A DNA stretch of 63,930 nucleotides from Octopus bimaculoides (lineage: Eukaryota), in assembly GCF_001194135.2 (NCBI RefSeq), contig NC_068990.1:179098-243027 (forward strand), written 5' to 3'. Numbering within the stretch: position 1 is the first letter of the stretch; each line of letters starts with the position of its first letter. A program made the position numbers and the translations under genes. A model generated the notes under the pieces. The model saw nothing but the letters and a program-made list of their open reading frames with translations. It did not search any database and had not been told where the DNA came from. Below are positions 62,135 to 63,930 of this stretch, piece after piece.

Positions 62135-62382
62135 ATATATAATTGTTAAACAGGACAGCAAACATCTCGAGTTGTATGCAATATTATTAAAGGAAGCAAT
62201 TCCAAATCTTACAGCTGTTTCTGGGATATTCCATCATTGTCTCTGATGAAGGAATATCCCATACTCAGGGATATCCCAGAAACAGCTGTAAGATTTTGAA
62301 TTTCTTCCTATAATAATACTGTATACGACTTGAGATGTTTGCCTTCCCTTAATGTTTGGTGTCCTGTTTAACAATTATATAT
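62135..62382. repeat. ~250-bp palindrome, probably inverted terminal copies of a Penelope-like element
   Basis: The left arm ATATATAATTGTTAAACAGGACA..CAAACATCTCGAGTTGTATGC..CTTACAGCTGTTTCTGGGATAT is the reverse complement of the right arm apart from a ~20-nt indel and a few substitutions. Confidence 0.88.
62240..62293 (+). ncRNA. Candidate minimal type-I hammerhead ribozyme (possibly degenerate)
   Basis: TCT-CTGATGA-[AGGAATATCCC ATACTCA GGGATATCCCA]-GAAA-CAGCTG-TA-AGA: both conserved core boxes, a stem II, a palindromic stem III, a GUA cleavage triplet and a 3-bp stem I (TCT/AGA). The base of stem II is an A-A mismatch. Confidence 0.55.
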
Positions 62383-63121
62383 NNNNNNNNNNNNNNNNNN
62401 NNNNNNNNNNNNNNNNNNNNNNNNNNNNNNNNNNNNNNNNNNNNNNNNNNNNNNNNNNNNNNNNNNNNNNNNNNNNNNNNNNNNNNNNNNNNNNNNNNNN
62501 NNNNNNNNNNNNNNNNNNNNNNNNNNNNNNNNNNNNNNNNNNNNNNNNNNNNNNNNNNNNNNNNNNNNNNNNNNNNNNNNNNNNNNNNNNNNNNNNNNNN
62601 NNNNNNNNNNNNNNNNNNNNNNNNNNNNNNNNNNNNNNNNNNNNNNNNNNNNNNNNNNNNNNNNNNNNNNNNNNNNNNNNNNNNNNNNNNNNNNNNNNNN
62701 NNNNNNNNNNNNNNNNNNNNNNNNNNNNNNNNNNNNNNNNNNNNNNNNNNNNNNNNNNNNNNNNNNNNNNNNNNNNNNNNNNNNNNNNNNNNNNNNNNNN
62801 NNNNNNNNNNNNNNNNNNNNNNNNNNNNNNNNNNNNNNNNNNNNNNNNNNNNNNNNNNNNNNNNNNNNNNNNNNNNNNNNNNNNNNNNNNNNNNNNNNNN
62901 NNNNNNNNNNNNNNNNNNNNNNNNNNNNNNNNNNNNNNNNNNNNNNNNNNNNNNNNNNNNNNNNNNNNNNNNNNNNNNNNNNNNNNNNNNNNNNNNNNNN
63001 NNNNNNNNNNNNNNNNNNNNNNNNNNNNNNNNNNNNNNNNNNNNNNNNNNNNNNNNNNNNNNNNNNNNNNNNNNNNNNNNNNNNNNNNNNNNNNNNNNNN
63101 NNNNNNNNNNNNNNNNNNNNN

Positions 63122-63157
<36 letters not shown>

Positions 63158-63159
<2 letters not shown>

Positions 63160-63820
63160 CATCATCATCATCATCGTTTAACCTCCGCTTTCCATGCTAG
63201 CATGGGTTGGATGATTTGACTGAGGACTGGTGAAACCAGATGGCTACACCAGGCTCCAATCTGATTTGGCAGAGTTTCTACAGCTGGATGCCCTTCCTAA
63301 AGCCAACCACTCAGAGAGTGTAGAGGGTGCTTTTACGTGTCACCTGCACGAAGGCCAGTCAGGCGGTTCTGGCAACGGCCACACTCAAATGGTGTTTTTT
63401 ATATGCTACCTGCACAGGAGTCAGTCCAGCGGCACTGGCAACGATCTCACTCGAATGTTTTGTTCATGTGCCACCTGCACAAGTGCCACTAAGGAGTCGC
63501 TGGTAACAATCACGCTCAAATGCAGCACATTTCCAAAGGTCTCGGTCACTCGTCATTGCCTCGGTGAGGCCTAATGTTCGAAGGTCGTGCTTCACCACCT
63601 CAGTCTGCTTTTTACACTGAGTGAGAGGCCCTTTGTCACCAGCAGAGGTAAGAGCTCTCTGAACTTTGCCGAGGCTATTCTTATTGTAGCAGCTACACTT
63701 TTAGCGCACCCTCCCTCGCTACTGACTTGGTCACCTAGGTAACGGAAGCTATCAACTACTAGTTTTTCTTCCTGGAATGTGGCAGAAGTTGTTCTCTGCA
63801 CATTTTCACTGCAGATATAT
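63158..63820 (-). mobile_element. RTE-family copy with two internal deletions
   Basis: (CAT)n tail and 3' UTR, plus RT fragment EEKLVVDSFRYLGDQVSSEGGC..AKFRELLPLLVTKGLSL. Two segments present in 18625-19700 are missing. Confidence 0.85.
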
Positions 63821-63930
63821 GTAATATAGATATATGATGGGCTTTCAATTTCCATCTATATCCTGTTTTAAACATATATATGCATATGTTACATATATAC
63901 ATATGTATATATATAAACATACATATATAT

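Overview
AT-rich, microsatellite- and transposon-dense animal genomic scaffold with many N gaps. The repeat content (RTE LINE tails ending in (GAT)n, tRNA-derived SINEs, mariners) is most consistent with an octopus/coleoid cephalopod; this is an inference. The only host gene I can support is five consecutive + strand coding exons (24603-24787, 38154-38234, 46196-46459, 52987-53068, 53391-53590). They splice in frame through GT-AG introns into the TFIIS-N-like domain and downstream basic/Ser-Thr region of PNUTS/PPP1R10. Its first coding exons and its 3' half (RVxW PP1 motif, CCCH finger) were not found in the window. The rest is intron or intergenic DNA filled with decayed Helitron, mariner, Tc1/maT-like, Tc2-like, hAT, piggyBac-like MITE, RTE, R4/Dong-like and Penelope-like elements, SINEs, a ~2.7 kb 22-bp pyrimidine minisatellite and microsatellites. 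Nearly all long ORFs in the supplied track are artefacts of N runs or simple repeats. The most unusual structures are several inverted repeats inside the gene: a ~250-bp palindrome with a minimal type-I hammerhead-ribozyme-like core (62135-62382), an ~880-bp foldback just upstream of the Lys-rich exon, two foldback DNA-transposon derivatives and an 89-nt near-perfect hairpin. No prokaryotic-type system, CRISPR array, rRNA or genuine tRNA gene is present.
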